DNA of 62,660 bases, filler included, from Methanobacteriota archaeon (GTDB lineage Archaea; JACRDV01), in the NCBI GenBank assembly GCA_024860865.1. It is 5 parts of 5 records of this genome, joined end to end, with 100 filler letters (N's around TTAATTAATTAA, not from the genome) between each part and the next. Parts side by side here need not be neighbours in the genome. Positions count along the whole stretch, not along the records: positions 58,941 to 62,660 come from JACRDV010000102.1; 4 more parts are not named here. One strand, 5' to 3'. The translations under genes and the position numbers were made by a program. Positions 58,941-62,660 of this stretch are shown here, piece by piece (the stretch's first letter is position 1; every line of letters starts with the position of its first letter). The notes beneath the pieces were generated by a model. The model did not search any database, was not told the origin of the DNA, and saw only the letters and a program-made list of their open reading frames with translations.

Positions 58941-61276
58941 ATAACATACACATTTGCCTTTGGGAATTGTTTTTTAAGCTGGCGAGCATTTTTGATTGCT
59001 ACCATACAGCATATTCTCGAGCAGTAAGTTCTACCTTCTTTCTCTCTTGCTCCCACGCACTGAATCATTGCTATGTTTTTTGGCTCTTGTAGTTTATTCT
59101 CAGCAATGAGTCTTTCAAGCTCAAGTTGAGTTATTACATTCTTGTATTTTCCATAACCATACATACCCTTTGGTTCAAAGGGTTTTGCACCAGTTGCAAC
59201 AATTATTGTTCCAACAGTTATTTTTTCTTCTTTGCCTGCTTTATCAAGAGTTACTTCAAAATTTCCGACATAACCTTTCACATGTTTAATGCTGGTAGAA
59301 GTGTAAAGAATAATATTTTTATTTTCTTCGATATTTTTTATCACAGAATTTAACAATTCATTAGCTTTCATGTTATCAGGAAATAAAGTATCCATATCTC
59401 GAATTAAACCGCCGAGCTTTTCAGTCTTTTCAACCAAGTAAACCTTGAACCCTTGGTTGGCTATGTTTAAAGCAGCAGTCATACCAGATATTCCAGCCCC
59501 AATAACGAGGGAGGATGGGTTGATTTGCACTTCTTTTTCGTATCTGGGTTCCAGAAGTCTTGCTTTTGCAACAGCCATTCTAACTAGTTCCAGTGCTTTC
59601 TTTGTGGCGTGTTTAGGATCGCCCATATGAACCCAAGAACACTGGTCTCGAATATTTGCCATTTCAAAAAGATATGGATTCAATCCAACTTCTCGACAGG
59701 TCTCTCTGAATAATGGCTCGTGAGTTCTAGGCGTGCAAGAAGCTACAACAACTCTGTTCAAGTTATGCTCTTTTATTCTTGCTTTTATCCCTTCTATAGC
59801 ATCTGCAGAGCAAGTAAATAGATTATGTTCAGCATAAACAACATTCGGCAGCGTTTTAGCGTACTTTGCTACTTTTGGGACATCTAAATAACCGCCGATA
59901 TTTAATCCGCAACTGCACACAAAAACGCCAACTCTATGTTCTTGGCCCCTAACATCTATCTCCTCTGGATATTCTTTTTCTATGTTAGAAGGGAAAACAA
60001 ACATCGATGCTCTAGCTGCTGCTCCACTTGCTTGAGCAACCGAGTCAGGAATATCCCTTGGACCACTACTAACACCACAAGCATAAATGCCTGGTTTAAT
60101 TGTGTCGATGGGACTGATAAGAGGATTTAGTTCTTTAACAAAACCATATTCATCAAGGGATATTCCCAATTTCTCAGCTAACTCATTAATACCTTTTTTT
60201 GGAAAAGTAGCTGTAGATAAAACAACCAAATCTACTTCCATTTTTTTAAATTTCTTTTCTTTCTGGTCTTCATATTTTATAATTAAACTACCATTATTTG
60301 ATTGTTCTATGGCACTTGGAATGCCTTTGATATAGTTTATTTTGTATTCATCCCTTGCCTTTTTATAAAATTCCTCAAAATTTTTTCCTACAGTACGAAT
60401 GTCAATATAAAAAATGTTAATTTCTTCTAACGATTTTTCATGTTCTTTCGCAGAGATAGCTTCTTTTGTTGAATATGTACAGCAAATTCGTGAACAATAT
60501 GGCTTATTTTTATCCCGGCACCCGACGCATTGTATGTAAGCGATTTTACGCGCTACTTTTCCATCTGATGGCCGCAGTAACCTTCCTTTAGTTGGTCCTG
60601 AAGCACTTAATAGCCTTTCAAAATCCAGTGCTGTTAAAACATTCTTGTAAACGCCATATCCATATTCAAGCATATTACGTGGCTCATAATAATCGCCACC
60701 TACCGCGATGATAATTGATCCCACATTTACCTCAACTTCATTGGCTTTCATATCATAATCTATTGCACCAGGTCCACAAACAATCTTGCATTGGCCGCAT
60801 CCTATGCAGTGCTCTTTGTCTATAGTGTATTTTAGGGGAACTGCTTGGGGAAATGGTGTATATATGGCCTTTCTTATGCCAAGCTTTTGATCAAATTCGT
60901 TCGGTACTTTAATCTTACAGACTTGCGAACATAACCCACAACCATTGCACTTTTCTTCTTTCACATAACGTGGTTTTCTCTCTATTTTTACGGTGAAATT
61001 GCCTGGTTGCCCTTTAACTTCATTAACTTCTGAATACATGAGTAATTTTATATTAGGGTGGCGTGAGCAGTCAATCATTTTCGGGGCTAAGATTCATATT
61101 GCACAATCCATAGTTGGAAATGTTTTATCTAACTGAGCCATAACTCCTCCTAAACTTGGGGTTTTTTCAACTAAGTAAACTTGGCATCCTTGACTAGCTA
61201 AGTCTAGCGAAGCTTGAATGCCGGCTATACCTCCACCTATTACGAGGGCCGAACTAGAAGAGATTTGAAATGCCAT
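58941..61276 (-). CDS. hdrA: Tandem-domain heterodisulfide reductase subunit A; selenoprotein candidate (TGA at codon 61, 61094-61096); 3' end truncated
   Basis: ORF-track entries 61094-61276 and 58889-61078 lie in one frame: GGGIAG...[30 protein letters not shown]. Also ferredoxin insert, YCSRICC twice, GVFVCSCG and [10 protein letters not shown]. Confidence 0.93.
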
Positions 61277-61365
61277 CTTACTTCCTCCCTCTTTTAAAAT
61301 TCTGTGTCTGAGTGCTTAATTTCTCGTTAGGAATCTTGATTAACAGGGACTTTGCAGGTTCAATT

Positions 61366-61404
61366 CTCATGCTGTGATTCTGTTTGATTCTCACAGCACT
61401 CATT
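61366..61404 (-). promoter_or_regulatory. Candidate SECIS element within a larger hairpin (61298-61461) upstream of hdrA
   Basis: Minus strand AUGA-GUGCUGUGA-GAA-UC-AAACA-GA-A-UCACAGCAU-GA-G. Confidence 0.7.
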
Positions 61405-61484
61405 GCTGTTTTTCTTCTTCATCTTCCTAAGATTATTTTTAAGCACCTCAGGTACAGAATTATTCAATAATCATTGCAATCTTC

Positions 61485-61808
61485 CTATAATTTATTTTGA
61501 GGTCTTTGTTTGCGATATAAATTAACGAACCCATAAAAATTAATTTTATAACGGCAACTTTCTACGCATCGAGGTCTGCTTGCAGGTATTATAGTACCAT
61601 TGACATTGAGTTCTTTGCACATATTGCACTTTTCAAGCATCTTTTCGTCTAATTCAAACCCGATGTTAAGTTTTCTTATTATTACTCTTGGAGAGAAAGA
61701 TTCGTCAATAAATTCTGCTATTCGACAACTACCTACGCATTTTCCGCAGTCAATACACTTATATAAATGAGTTTTTTTAATCAAATCCTCAAGATCAGTT
61801 TGAATCAT
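61485..61808 (-). CDS. Small HdrC-like 4Fe-4S protein
   Basis: CIDCGKCVGSC, FSPR and CNMC...CVESC motifs. Confidence 0.75.
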   Translation of the reverse strand: MIQTDLEDLIKKTHLYKCIDCGKCVGSCRIAEFIDESFSPRVIIRKLNIGFELDEKMLEKCNMCKELNVNGTIIPASRPRCVESCRYKINFYGFVNLYRKQRPQNKL

Positions 61809-61823
61809 AGTTCTTTCCTCATC

Positions 61824-62660
61824 TTATGTGTAGTAGGGCACGTATTTGCCCTCTTTTCCTCTAAGCTCTGAGACAACTTTTCTTTTTTCTTTTTTTAATG
61901 AGACGTTCTTTTTGATTTCATTCAATTCGACTCTTTTTTCAACCTCGACATAGCCGAGCTCTTCCGCTTTTGTGAGTAAGTTGATGCCTTTTTGAGTTCT
62001 AACAATTACAGTGGACCAACCTGCTGGAGTGCCTACTGATCCTACGCTAATGTCTGAGAACTCAGCAGTGAAGTTACAGCACAACTTGCAAGATTCAGGT
62101 ACACATTCTTCAAAAGCTTTAACAGATTTTTCAACTTGACCATTTTTTGTGTAAACGATAAACTTACCTTTTTTAATATCTGTTTTAATTATCTGATCCA
62201 TTTGTATGTTAAATTTGGATTCAATCGTCCTTCTCAGCCCATCATATGGAAAATTCTCAAAACAAAATAATCCTATTAAAAGGAAATCTAAAGGATTTTC
62301 AGACTCAGATGTTATCTCCAATAGATTTTTTAAGAATGAAATTTGAGTCTTTCTTGCGCCAGTTATTTGGCAACCTGTGCCAACTAGAGCTAACCGAGAT
62401 AACTCTTGTAACGATCTACCTAATTTCATTGATGTAGCTGTTCTTGTATATTTAGTTCCAGCCGCTTGCAAAAGTTCTTCCTTGCTCTTAGCTATGATTG
62501 GGCTTGTATCCCAATTATTAAATCTAGTCGCAACTACTGCACCGTCGATTAATTTGTTTTCTAAGGCACACAGTAAAAGTGAAGTTACTGCTCCACCATC
62601 TTGAGCTTTTTCTAAAATTTCTGGTATTTTGGATCTTACTGCCAGAATCTTTTTGTAATA
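61824..62660 (-). CDS. FrhB/FdhB family F420-interacting subunit; starts beyond the window end
   Basis: Frame is open to 62660: AQDGGAVTSLL, AAGTKY, VGTGCQ, IGLFCFENF, CKLC and DISVGSVG motifs. Confidence 0.92.
   Translation of the reverse strand, partial: YYKKILAVRSKIPEILEKAQDGGAVTSLLLCALENKLIDGAVVATRFNNWDTSPIIAKSKEELLQAAGTKYTRTATSMKLGRSLQELSRLALVGTGCQITGARKTQISFLKNLLEITSESENPLDFLLIGLFCFENFPYDGLRRTIESKFNIQMDQIIKTDIKKGKFIVYTKNGQVEKSVKAFEECVPESCKLCCNFTAEFSDISVGSVGTPAGWSTVIVRTQKGINLLTKAEELGYVEVEKRVELNEIKKNVSLKKEKRKVVSELRGKEGKYVPYYT

Noticed and set aside
61094-61276. Separate 60-aa gene, or an hdrA pseudogene
   Set aside because: Same frame as the downstream hdrA; the stop is TGA exactly at the known Cys/Sec position and there are no other lesions

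Overview
Low-GC archaeal genome sequence made of five contigs joined by artificial 100-bp spacers (N44-TTAATTAATTAA-N44 at 12133, 28748, 51968 and 58841), so gene order across the spacers is not biological. Contig 1 has a decayed island (integrase remnant, MNT-HEPN pair, tRNA-like remnant), then the conserved rpl18e-rpl13-rps9-rpoN-tRNA(Pro)-rpoK-eno-rps2-MEMO1-mvk-ipk-fni-idsA superoperon. Contig 2 has pelota, Rqc2, an EMC6-like gene, ABCE1, a thioredoxin/KaiB-like-KaiC-like fusion, a GC-richer fae-hps, a SAMP/MoaD gene, pgk, tRNA(Thr) and a catalytically degenerate NucS-like gene. Contig 3 has a cobamide salvage and uptake locus sharing a 19-bp palindromic operator, plus PiT/DUF47, purM, purE and valS. 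Contig 4 has three toxin-antitoxin pairs and an orphan ~250-nt structured RNA. Contig 5 has frhB-like, hdrC-like and tandem-domain hdrA genes. The top finding is an in-frame TGA in hdrA at the conserved Cys/Sec site ([17 protein letters not shown]). About 90 nt upstream of the hdrA start codon is a hairpin combining the eukaryote-type SECIS core (AUGA...GA) with the methanococcal-type GAA/A loop. This points to selenocysteine recoding by a hybrid, 5'-located SECIS. Taxonomy was not determined and no searches were run; all family calls come from motif recognition.
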